From Vicinamibacterales bacterium (GTDB lineage: Bacteria > Acidobacteriota > Vicinamibacteria > Vicinamibacterales > UBA8438), in the NCBI GenBank assembly GCA_965217045.1, contig OZ244228.1, positions 679,668 through 743,667 on the forward strand: a stretch of DNA of 64,000 nucleotides, in the 5' to 3' direction. Under the pieces are notes generated by a model that was not told where the DNA came from, did no database searches, and worked only from the letters and a program-made list of their open reading frames with translations. Made by a program: the position numbers and the translations under genes. Below, one piece after another: positions 36,096 through 45,432 of this stretch (positions are counted from its first letter, which is position 1; the number at the start of each line of letters is the position of its first letter).

Positions 36096-36781
36096 GGCAA
36101 CTTCAAGCCGACCCAGGTCGACTTGTAGCCCTTGCTGTCCTTTTTCAAGCCCACGTCACAGTCGGTCGGCAGGTCGTCGAGCATCGCCGGCAAGGTCATG
36201 GCCGCCTGCCGGTCGAGGCGCTTGAGGACCTTCGGCCGTTCCTCACCCTTGTTCGGCCGTCCCCGCTTGCGCTTGGGCAGCGGGGGCGTCTTTCCCTTCG
36301 CGGCCGGCTTCTCGCGGGCCTCGATGGCCGTCGAGTCGCGGAAGAGGTGACCCACTAACCGGTCGTGGTGGGTGTTGCGGATCAACGCTGCATGCGTGCG
36401 CTGGGGCAACTGTGTGTCGGAGAACTCGGCGAAGGCGCGTGAGAAGACCGACTCGCTCGGCACCTCGCTCTTCCGCTCCCAGCCGCAGATCCGCCGCAGC
36501 GCCACGTCGGTGACCAAGCGGTCCAGCAGCACGCGCGTCGTCGGCATGTCGTAGACCGCCTTGGCCACGAAGGCTCGCGCCAGTGCCGCGCGGTCCTTGC
36601 GCGGACGCCCCGGCACCCGGAAGCACCGGGGAATCCACTACTCGATACGGATGACCTCGAGAGTCTGCACCAACTGCTGCTGTTTCCCGGTCAGCGGACC
36701 CAACACGGGCTCCAACTGGGGGAACAGCGCACGCTGGATCGACTGCCAATAGGGGGCGAAGGAACCACGCAGGCAGTTCAT
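36096..36781 (-). pseudogene. IS4-like transposase, N-terminal fragment with in-frame TAG, truncated by the IS3 insertion
   Basis: From ATG 36781 the sequence is MNCLRGSFAPYWQSIQRALFPQLEPVLGPLTGKQQQLVQTLEVIRIE*WIP...GRPRKDRAALARAFVAKAVYDMPTTR...KKDSKGYKSTWVG. The TAG lies at 36640-36638. The reading frame then runs straight into the IS3 right IR at 36095. Confidence 0.75.
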
Positions 36782-36849
36782 GGTTTGTTTGATTGACCGC
36801 TCCTGCCTACTACTGTATATTAGCAGACACCACGGATGTGAAACAATGA

Positions 36850-37125
36850 ATCGATGGCCTACAGCGCAGCGTTCACACCCGCCGGATAACGTGTGGGAGG
36901 GCTACCTGTCGCTGCCACGACGACCCGGACGCCCGTCACGGCCCCTACCACTACTGGACGCGCAAGGCCCGCGGAAAGACCGTCGGCTTGAAGCTCACCG
37001 AAGATGAACTCGTCCTCTACCGGGAGTGGATCGAGAACAACCGTAAACTGGAACGGCTCGTGAAGGAAATGCGCCACCTCTCTTCGCGTGCGCTTGCCCT
37101 CATAACCGGCAGGCAGGCTCCATGA
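36850..37125 (+). pseudogene. DUF6788-like small protein remnant (N-terminally truncated, no start codon)
   Basis: My translation is ...TCGRATCRCHDDPDARHGPYHYWTRKARGKTVGLKLTEDELVLYREWIENNRKLERLVKEM... This matches the C.C....HGPY.....GK pattern of DUF6788. A stop lies immediately upstream at 36847, and there is no ATG/GTG/TTG before the Cys motif. Confidence 0.45.
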
Positions 37126-37439
37126 ACCCCCGTGTCGCCGGCTTCCCGGGCGCGGTCACTGCCATCCTGCGAACGCTGCATCCCGCCCGCTGACCGTCCC
37201 TCGCCCCGCCGCCTCCGCCAGGGAAAACTCGGCCGATCACGCGTTTCGCAAGAGGCTCTAAAGACAACGTAATCCGGTCCAAACGGACAGGATTAGTGTG
37301 GATGATCACACCGCGGGGCAATCCAGACGGCCCGGGGTCCTGCGCCGGGGGCAATTGCAGACGAGAGGGGAGCGGCCCGGGGGCGGGCCCGTACAATGGG
37401 GGTCGCGATGCATCCGCTCGCGGCTGGAGGTGGGACGTG

Positions 37440-39155
37440 ATGTTGCAGAAGTGTGTGCAGACAGGCCTCGCGGCGACGGCGCTGGCGGCGGTCATGACGC
37501 TGCCGGCTGAGGCCCAGAACGTCGACTGGCGGCTCCACAACCTCGATCTGGCGGGGAGCCGCTACTCGGACCTCGACCAGATCATGCCGGAAAACGTCGG
37601 CGCCCTGACGCCACGCTGGCTCTTCCAGCACGGCGTGATCGACGGCGTCAGCAACCAGACCACGCCCGTGATCGTCGACGGCATCATGTACGTCACCGAC
37701 GCGCGCGGCAGCGTCTATGCCGTCGACGGCGCCGACGGCCATCTGCTGTGGACCTACGACGTGACCGAGCTGCTCGGCGGGGCGCGTCGCGAGGGCTACA
37801 TCTTCCGCCACCGCGGCGTCACCTATGAGAACGGCGTCGTCTACAGCGCCGCCGGCTCGTTCATCTTCGCGCTCGATGCCAAGACCGGCGAACCCCTCGA
37901 GGGCTTCGGCGAGAACGGCCAGGCGAGCGTGATCCTCGACGTGCTCAGGCTGCGGTACCCGGACGTCGAGACGGCCATCTCGATGGGTTACTGGTTCACG
38001 ACCGCCCCCCAGATCCACGACGGCGTGATCTATGTCGGGTCGACGCGCAGCGAGAGCTTCATTCCCGGCGGCCACGTGCTGGCGGTCGACGCGCTGACCG
38101 GCGAGGTTCTGTGGCACTTCAACACCATTCCGCAGGATGAGAGCGACCAGGGCTGGGATATCGCCGGACCGACCTGGGTCGGCGGCGTGCGCAACGGCGG
38201 CGGGATCTGGGAGACGCCCTCCATCGATCCGGAGCTGGGCATGGTCTACGTCGCCGTGGGGAACCCGTTCGGCGACAGCACCAAGCGGGCGGGGATGAAC
38301 CTGTTCACCGATTCGGTCATCGCGCTCTCGCTCGACGACGGCCGGCTGCAATGGTACTACCAGCTCGTGCACCACGACGTCTGGGACTACGACAACGGCA
38401 GCCAGCCGATTCTCTTCGACATGGAGGTCGACGGCGAGCCGGTCAAGGCGCTCGCCCAGGCGAACAAGAACTCGTGGCTCTACATCCTGGACCGCCGGAC
38501 GGGCGAGCCGATCCATCCGATCGTCGAGACGCCGGTCTCGACGGAGACCGATACGCCCGGCGAGCAGCCCTGGCCCACGCAGCCGATTCCGCACAAGGCG
38601 AACGGCGAGCGCATGGAGCCCGTCTCGCCGGTCGTGCCCACCGACATCGCGCCGGAGGAGCTGGAAGGCAAGCGGATCGTCCCGCAGTTCACGCCGCGTG
38701 GGCCGGATCAGATCTTCGCGCCGGGCATGGGGGGCGGAGCCAGCTACGCGCCGCTCGCCTACAGCCCGCGAACGGGCCTGCTGTACGTCAATGCGATCGA
38801 CAGGCCGTTCGGCTCGAGTCGCGAGCCGCGCGGCGTGGTGTCCGCCTACGACCCGACGACGGGCGAGCTCGCCTGGCGTCAGGTCTTCGAAGGCTACGGG
38901 CAGTCCGGGCCGGTCGTCACCGCGGGCAATCTGGTCTTCGTCGGCGCGGGCAGCAACGTCGCCGGCTACTTCTACGCCTACGACGCCGTCACCGGCGAGG
39001 AGCTCTGGAGGTTCAACACGGGCTCGGGCATCTACGCCGCGCCCGCGGTCTACATGGTGGGCGGCGAGCAGTTCGTGACGGTGGCTTCGGGCGGCGGCGA
39101 CCGGGGCCGCAGGGGAGGCGATCTGATTCTCAGCTTCGCGCTTCCGCGGCGCTGA
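37440..39155 (+). CDS. Soluble PQQ-dependent dehydrogenase (distinct subfamily)
   Basis: Start ATG 37440 follows GGAGG (MLQKCVQTGLAATALAAVMTLPAEAQ). Motifs: DWRLHNLDLAGSRYSDLDQI, TTPVIVDGIMYVTD, LVHHDVWDYD, YAYDAVTGEELWRF. Confidence 0.9.
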   Translation: MLQKCVQTGLAATALAAVMTLPAEAQNVDWRLHNLDLAGSRYSDLDQIMPENVGALTPRWLFQHGVIDGVSNQTTPVIVDGIMYVTDARGSVYAVDGADGHLLWTYDVTELLGGARREGYIFRHRGVTYENGVVYSAAGSFIFALDAKTGEPLEGFGENGQASVILDVLRLRYPDVETAISMGYWFTTAPQIHDGVIYVGSTRSESFIPGGHVLAVDALTGEVLWHFNTIPQDESDQGWDIAGPTWVGGVRNGGGIWETPSIDPELGMVYVAVGNPFGDSTKRAGMNLFTDSVIALSLDDGRLQWYYQLVHHDVWDYDNGSQPILFDMEVDGEPVKALAQANKNSWLYILDRRTGEPIHPIVETPVSTETDTPGEQPWPTQPIPHKANGERMEPVSPVVPTDIAPEELEGKRIVPQFTPRGPDQIFAPGMGGGASYAPLAYSPRTGLLYVNAIDRPFGSSREPRGVVSAYDPTTGELAWRQVFEGYGQSGPVVTAGNLVFVGAGSNVAGYFYAYDAVTGEELWRFNTGSGIYAAPAVYMVGGEQFVTVASGGGDRGRRGGDLILSFALPRR

Positions 39156-39304
39156 CGGCGGCATCCGTCGTCCCGCACGGAAAGGGTGCCCGGCGCCGGG
39201 ACGCTTGGGCGTAGAATGGCATCGATGGCCGGTCGGCGTTGCTCGATGACCGTGAAGTCGGCGCCCGGCCTGCGAGGCGGCGCGCCGTTGTAAAGGAGAG
39301 GGAC

Positions 39305-40240
39305 ATGACTCAGCGAGTGCTTCTGTCCGTGAGTGCCGTGGCCCTGTTGGCCGCGCTCGGATTCTCCGTGGTTCCGCCGGCGGCTGCCCAGAGCGCCCCG
39401 GCGCGGACCGCATGGGGTGATCCGGATCTACAGGGATTCTGGACCAATACCACGACCACGCCGCTCGAGCGGCCCGCCGAGCTGGCCGACCGGGAGTTCC
39501 TGACCGAGGAGGAGCGGGCCCAGCGCAATCCGGGCTCGGGCATCTCGGCGTTCAACGCCGGCCCGACCGGTGCCTACAACGACTTCTGGCTCGAGAAGGG
39601 CGAGCTCTCCATGCGCACGTCGCTGATCGTCGATCCGCCGGACGGGAAGCTCCCGTCGCCGACGGCGGCGGAGGCGGAGCGGCGTGAGGCGGAACGCACC
39701 CGGCTCGGGGACGGGGGCCGTCCGCGCGACTCGTGGGTCGATTTCAGCACCTACAACCGGTGCATCTCGCGCGGCATGCCGAGCGGCATGCTGCCCGGCT
39801 TCTACAACCACAACTACCACATCGTCCAGACGCCGGAGCACGTCGTGATTCTGGTCGAGATGGTTCACGAGGCCCGGATCATTCCCCTCGACGGGCGCGC
39901 CCATCTGCCCCCGGCGTTCCAGCAGTGGATGGGCGATTCGGTCGGGCGGTGGGAGGGTGACACCCTGGTCGTCGAGACGGTGAACCTGCGGCACGGGGCG
40001 AGCGAGGACGGCGGCGTACGGGTGGTCGAGCGCCTGACGCGCACCGACGCCGGGACGATCGACTACCGGATCACGGTGCACGACCCGCGCCTGACGGCGC
40101 CCTGGACCGCGCTGGTGCCGATGATGGCCATGGAAGGGGTCCTCTACGAGTACGCCTGCCACGAGGGGAACTACTCGCTCGCGAACATGCTGGCCGGTGC
40201 CCGCGCCGACGACCGGGCCGCGGCCGAGGGCTCGCGCTAG
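39305..40240 (+). CDS. PDLQ-CHEGN family secreted protein, paralogue f
   Basis: Start ATG 39305 follows AAAGGAGAGG (MTQRVLLSVSAVALLAALGFSVVPPAAAQ). Motifs: RTAWGDPDLQGFW..TPLERP, SLIVDPPDGKLP, YNRCISRG, EMVHEARIIPLDGRAH, WMGDSVGRWEGDTLVVETVN, YEYACHEGNY. Confidence 0.9.
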   Translation: MTQRVLLSVSAVALLAALGFSVVPPAAAQSAPARTAWGDPDLQGFWTNTTTTPLERPAELADREFLTEEERAQRNPGSGISAFNAGPTGAYNDFWLEKGELSMRTSLIVDPPDGKLPSPTAAEAERREAERTRLGDGGRPRDSWVDFSTYNRCISRGMPSGMLPGFYNHNYHIVQTPEHVVILVEMVHEARIIPLDGRAHLPPAFQQWMGDSVGRWEGDTLVVETVNLRHGASEDGGVRVVERLTRTDAGTIDYRITVHDPRLTAPWTALVPMMAMEGVLYEYACHEGNYSLANMLAGARADDRAAAEGSR

Positions 40241-40312
40241 GAGGGTTGGTTGGGCAGGATTGGTTGGGCGCCAAGCGGAGCCGCAAGGCGGCGATTGGCG
40301 GGCTGGGAGACG
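40241..40312 (+). repeat. Leader repeat copy 3, 6-77 nt upstream of the paralogue g start
   Basis: GAGGGTTGGTTGGGCAGGATTGGTTGGGCGCCAAGCGGAGCCGCAAGGCGGCGATTGGCGGGCTGGGAGACG. The portion from 40255 aligns with the reverse complement of 2521-2582. The TTGGTTGGGC unit is duplicated internally. Confidence 0.7.
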
Positions 40313-40317
40313 AAGCG

Positions 40318-41346
40318 ATGAGCCGAAGAATGCTGCTGTCCGCAGGCGCCGCGGCCGTAGTTGCCGCTTGGGCGCTGTCCGGCGCGGCGCCGGCGGCCGC
40401 CCAGGGCGACGTGTCCCCGACGCCGTGGGGTCACCCGGACCTGCAGGGCGTCTGGGACTTCCGCACGATTACGCCGCTCGAGCGGCCGGCGGAGCTGGGC
40501 GACCGCGAGTTCCTGACCGCGGAGGAGGTTGCGAGCCTGGAGCAGGAGGTGGTCGACCGGGACGCCCAGCTGCTCAATCGTCCCCCCGAGCGGACGGCGG
40601 TCGGCGGTAGCGTCGACCGCCGGGCCGACGGTTCCCCCGGGTTCTACAACAACTTCTGGCTGGACGGCGGCACGCGCACCGTCGGCACGCGGCGCACGTC
40701 GCTGGTCGTCGATCCGCCCGACGGGCGGTTGCCGCCGCTGACCGCCAGCGCGCAGCGGCGGGCCGGCGAGACCCTGGCCTACCGGCGGGCGCATCCGGCC
40801 GATTCGTGGCTGGATCTGGACGCGGGCGACCGCTGCATCCTTGGCCTGAACGCCGGTCCCCCCATCATGCCGGCGGCGTACAACCAGAACCTGCAGGTCT
40901 TCCAGACGCCGGACTACGTCATGCTGCTGACCGAGATGGTCCACACGGTCCGTGTCGTGCCGCTCGACGGCCGGCCGCGGCTGGGCGCCGACATCCGCCA
41001 GTGGTCCGGCGATTCGCGCGGCCGCTGGGAGGGCGAGACCCTGGTCGTCGAGACGACGAACTTCGTCACCGACCGCTGGTGGACGTCGTCGAACCCGATG
41101 GGCTCGCTCGGTTCCAGCGAGAACCTGCGATTGGTGGAACGGCTGAGGCGGGTCGACGCCGACACGCTCGAGTACGAGTTCACGGTGCACGACCCGCAGA
41201 CGTGGACGCGCCCGTGGACGGTCTCGATCCCGATGCGGCGCAGCGACCAGCCGCTGTACGAGTACGCCTGCCACGAGGGGAACTACAGCCTGCCGAACAT
41301 GCTGGCCGGCGAGCGCGCCGCGGAGCGGGCTGCTGCGCAGAAGTAG
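40318..41346 (+). CDS. PDLQ-CHEGN family secreted protein, paralogue g
   Basis: Start ATG 40318 (MSRRMLLSAGAAAVVAAWALSGAAPAAAQ). Motifs: TPWGHPDLQGVW..TPLERP, SLVVDPPDGRLP, DRCILG, EMVHTVRVVPLDGRP, WSGDSRGRWEGETLVVETTNF, YEYACHEGNY. Confidence 0.9.
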   Translation: MSRRMLLSAGAAAVVAAWALSGAAPAAAQGDVSPTPWGHPDLQGVWDFRTITPLERPAELGDREFLTAEEVASLEQEVVDRDAQLLNRPPERTAVGGSVDRRADGSPGFYNNFWLDGGTRTVGTRRTSLVVDPPDGRLPPLTASAQRRAGETLAYRRAHPADSWLDLDAGDRCILGLNAGPPIMPAAYNQNLQVFQTPDYVMLLTEMVHTVRVVPLDGRPRLGADIRQWSGDSRGRWEGETLVVETTNFVTDRWWTSSNPMGSLGSSENLRLVERLRRVDADTLEYEFTVHDPQTWTRPWTVSIPMRRSDQPLYEYACHEGNYSLPNMLAGERAAERAAAQK

Positions 41347-41368
41347 GAGCCGCAAGGGGGCGGCCGCG

Positions 41369-42733
41369 ATGCCGTTGCTGTTGATCGTGTTCCTGCTCGC
41401 CGGCGGTGCGGTCGGGCAGGCTGGCCAGGAACCGGCGGGCAGCGAGAAGCGGCCGGTGGATGCCCGGCTCCTGCAGGCGGCTCATACCGGCGATGCCGCG
41501 TCGGTCGGCGAGGCACTGGCCGCCGGCGCCGATGTCGCCGCGGCGGACGACTCCGGCTCGACGGCCCTGACGTACGCGGCGCAACGCGGCTTCGCCGGCA
41601 TCGTGCGGGAGCTGCTGGCGGCGGGCGCGGACGGCGCCGTCACCGATATCCTCGGCCTCACACCGCTGATACATGCCGCGGGCAACGGCCACGGGGAGGT
41701 CGTGGAGGTCCTGCTGCGCGACGCGCCCGGCGCGCTTCACAGCGCGGACGGCGCCGGCCGGACGGCGCTCTCGCACGCCGCTTTCTCCGGGCATGCTGAT
41801 ATCGTCGGCGCCCTCGTGGACGCGGGCGCGGTTCCGGAAGCCAGAGACGGCGGCGGCCTGACGGCGCTGGCCCTGGCCGGGGGGCAGGGCCACGCGGACG
41901 TGGTCCGGCTGCTGGTGGCCGCCGGTGCGGACGTCGATGCGCAGGACCGGGATGGCGTGACGGTGCTGATGATGACTGCATCGGCCGACCACCCGGAGGT
42001 GGTGGAGGCGCTGGTGGCGAACGGGGTCGCCGTGAACGCTGCCACCTCCACCGGCTCGACGGCGCTGATGGGCGCGGCGTTCGGCGGCGCGTTCGACAGC
42101 GTCGGCGTCCTGCTGGCGAGCGATGCCGATGTCGAAGCCGGCGACAGCGACGGGCGGACCGCCCTCATGGCGGCGGCCCTCAACGGTCACGTCGAGGTGG
42201 TGCAGGCGCTGCTGCGTGGCGGCGCCGACGCCGCGCGCGAGGACAACTACGGCGGCTCGGCCATTATCTACGCCGCCGCGAACGGCTACCTTGAGATCAT
42301 GGAGGCGCTGGCGCGTGCCGGCGCCGGCGCGGCCAGCGGCGATGCGTTGGTGCTCGCCGCGCGCGACGGCCACGCGGGCGTCATCGAGGCGTTGCTGGGA
42401 CAGGGAATTGACGTCGACGCGCGCGACGGCGCCGGCGCGAGCGCGTTGATCGCGACCGCCGCGAGCGGCAGCCTCGAGACCGTCCGGTTCCTGCTGGCGA
42501 ACGGGGCGGACGTCAACGCCGCCGACGGCACGGGCAGAACGGCGTTGATCGAGGCCGCCGCCGCGGGTCACGTCGCCGCGGTGCGCACCCTGCTGGAGGC
42601 GGGAGCCGATCTCGACGCGCGGGACGCACAGGGTCGCACCGCGTGGACCTACGCGGCCTTGGCGAATCACATCGGCGTCGTCCGGTTGTTCCAGGAGCGC
42701 GGCCCGCGCCAGCCGCCGCCCGATCCACGCTAG
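41369..42733 (+). CDS. Secreted ankyrin-repeat protein (about 12-13 ANK repeats)
   Basis: 454 aa with an N-terminal hydrophobic leader, MPLLLIVFLLAGGAVGQA. It has many 33-aa units of the form G.TAL..AA..GH.(E)VV..LL..GAD....D. Confidence 0.85.
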   Translation: MPLLLIVFLLAGGAVGQAGQEPAGSEKRPVDARLLQAAHTGDAASVGEALAAGADVAAADDSGSTALTYAAQRGFAGIVRELLAAGADGAVTDILGLTPLIHAAGNGHGEVVEVLLRDAPGALHSADGAGRTALSHAAFSGHADIVGALVDAGAVPEARDGGGLTALALAGGQGHADVVRLLVAAGADVDAQDRDGVTVLMMTASADHPEVVEALVANGVAVNAATSTGSTALMGAAFGGAFDSVGVLLASDADVEAGDSDGRTALMAAALNGHVEVVQALLRGGADAAREDNYGGSAIIYAAANGYLEIMEALARAGAGAASGDALVLAARDGHAGVIEALLGQGIDVDARDGAGASALIATAASGSLETVRFLLANGADVNAADGTGRTALIEAAAAGHVAAVRTLLEAGADLDARDAQGRTAWTYAALANHIGVVRLFQERGPRQPPPDPR

Positions 42734-42867
42734 CGTCGACGCCCAGGAAGCCGCGCTGCCCGCGACGCCGCGCGCGACCGCGTTCGGCAGCACGCCCGTC
42801 GGGCCGGTCCCGCCCGCGCTGATCGTGCGTGACGGCAACGGCGGCTGACCTCCGCGCGGCCCTCTCC

Positions 42868-43755
42868 CTATCGCACGGACTCCGCCTCCGCCTTCTCGCG
42901 CGCGACTTCCAGCAGGGCCTCGAACCACGCGCTGATCGCGGCCTGCCCCTGCACGACCGGATGGGTCGCCTGTTCGGACCTGCCGGTCCCGTCGTTCTCG
43001 CTCATCCGCCGGAACAGGTTGCCGGGCACCATGAACGGGTGGTTCGAGAGCACCACGTCCCAGTGGCCGATCTCGCGGAGCCGCTCGAAGCTGGCGATGT
43101 AGGTCTCGTTCCACTCGGGGCCGTAGCTGTAGCCCAGGCCGCCCGGCGTCAGGGCCCGGTAGTGCCGATCGCCGTCCGAGACGATGTACTCCATCGAGAG
43201 CGATCCCGGGGTGTGTCCGGGCGTGACGTAGAACTTGAACGCCGAGTCGCCGACCATGATGACCTCGCCGTCCTCGATGGCGCGGTCTCTGGGCGGCGCG
43301 CTGTTCGTGGTCCACTGGTAGTACCAGCGGTCCCCGTTGCGCTCGCGCTGCTCCAGGAACTCCCAGTCCGCTTCCGACATGCCGATCGTGGCGCCCGAAA
43401 CCTCCTGGATCCGGAGCGCTCCGCCGTAGTGATCGTTGTGGGGGTGCGTGATGAACACGTACTCGATCTCTTCGGGATCGAAGCCGAGCTGCCGGACGTT
43501 GTCGAGCAGGGTATCGACCGTCTCGGCGCTCGTCGCGTCGATGAGCACCAGCCCGCCGGGCGTGGTGATCAGGTAGGAGCTGACGTGGTCCGTCCCCACG
43601 TAGTAGACGTTGTCGAAGACCTGGAACGGAATCTCGACCAGCCAGTCGCCGCGGTCGGCGCTCCACGGTCCGCGTCCCGCCCACCGCTGGTCCTGGCCCA
43701 GGGCTGTCGATGCCGCGGCCAGGCCGACGAGCACCACCATGCACGCGTGCTTCAT
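42868..43755 (-). CDS. MBL-fold metallo-hydrolase (subclass-B3-like), secreted
   Basis: 295 aa with a signal peptide. The metal motif is ITHPHNDHYGG, with TPGHTPGS and LSNHP downstream. Confidence 0.8.
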   Translation of the reverse strand: MKHACMVVLVGLAAASTALGQDQRWAGRGPWSADRGDWLVEIPFQVFDNVYYVGTDHVSSYLITTPGGLVLIDATSAETVDTLLDNVRQLGFDPEEIEYVFITHPHNDHYGGALRIQEVSGATIGMSEADWEFLEQRERNGDRWYYQWTTNSAPPRDRAIEDGEVIMVGDSAFKFYVTPGHTPGSLSMEYIVSDGDRHYRALTPGGLGYSYGPEWNETYIASFERLREIGHWDVVLSNHPFMVPGNLFRRMSENDGTGRSEQATHPVVQGQAAISAWFEALLEVAREKAEAESVR

Positions 43756-43796
43756 CGTGTCACCTCCGGTCCCGGTTGCTCGTCACCGGGTCATCA

Positions 43797-44414
43797 TCAG
43801 AGCACGGCGGCGGACCCCGCAGTGCGCGGCGGGTGGCCGGCGCGGCGCCCGAGCGCCACGTACAGCCTGAGTCCCAGCAGCAGCGCCAGCAGCGCCGCGT
43901 AGGCGAGCGGGGGGCGGAGATCCGCCTTGACGAGCCAGATGTAGTGGACGACGCCGGCGCACGCGCTGACGTACACCAGCCGGTGCAGCGCCTGCCAGCG
44001 CCGGCCGCCGAGCCGCCGCACCATCGCCTGCGTGGAGGTCAGCGCCAGCGGAATCATCAGGACGAAGCCGGTGAAGCCGGCGGTCACGAAGCGCCGGTCC
44101 GTCAGGTCTTCCAGCATCGATCCGAACGCGAAGAAGTGGTCGAGCACGACGTAGGTCAGCAGGTGCAGGCTGCCGTAGAAGAAGGCGAACAGTCCGAGCA
44201 TCCGGCGCAGCCGGATGACGGCGTTCCAGCCGGTCAGCCGCCGCAGCGGCGTGATCGCGAGCGTGACGAGCAGCAGCCGCAGGGTCCAGTCGCCGGTACG
44301 GTGGGTGACGAACTCGATCGGGTTCGCGGTCAGCCCGTCGGTGAACCCGCGCCAGACGAGCAGCCCCAGCGGGATGAGGCAGGCCCCGAACGCGAGGGGC
44401 TTCAGCAGCCGCAT
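43797..44414 (-). CDS. msrQ: Protein-methionine-sulfoxide reductase heme-binding subunit MsrQ (YedZ)
   Basis: 205 aa and polytopic. It contains NPIEFVTHRTGDWTLRLLLVTLAITPLRR and conserved His residues (LHLLTY, LHRLVY). It lies directly downstream of msrP. Confidence 0.85.
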   Translation of the reverse strand: MRLLKPLAFGACLIPLGLLVWRGFTDGLTANPIEFVTHRTGDWTLRLLLVTLAITPLRRLTGWNAVIRLRRMLGLFAFFYGSLHLLTYVVLDHFFAFGSMLEDLTDRRFVTAGFTGFVLMIPLALTSTQAMVRRLGGRRWQALHRLVYVSACAGVVHYIWLVKADLRPPLAYAALLALLLGLRLYVALGRRAGHPPRTAGSAAVL

Positions 44415-44447
44415 GGGATGCAGGGGCCGAGCATCCTGCGCGGGCTC

Positions 44448-45404
<957 letters not shown>

Positions 45405-45432
45405 GGTCTCGATCCTCGGGCTTCGCAGGCCG

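Noticed and set aside
36780-37007. A 75-aa plus-strand ORF (MVCLIDRSCLLLYISRHHGCETMNRW...) lies next to the IS4-like pseudogene.
   Set aside because: It starts on the complement of the IS4-like transposase start codon and spans the AT-rich IS end. A different frame of the same DNA carries the DUF6788-like C.C..HGPY signature, so this ORF is fortuitous.
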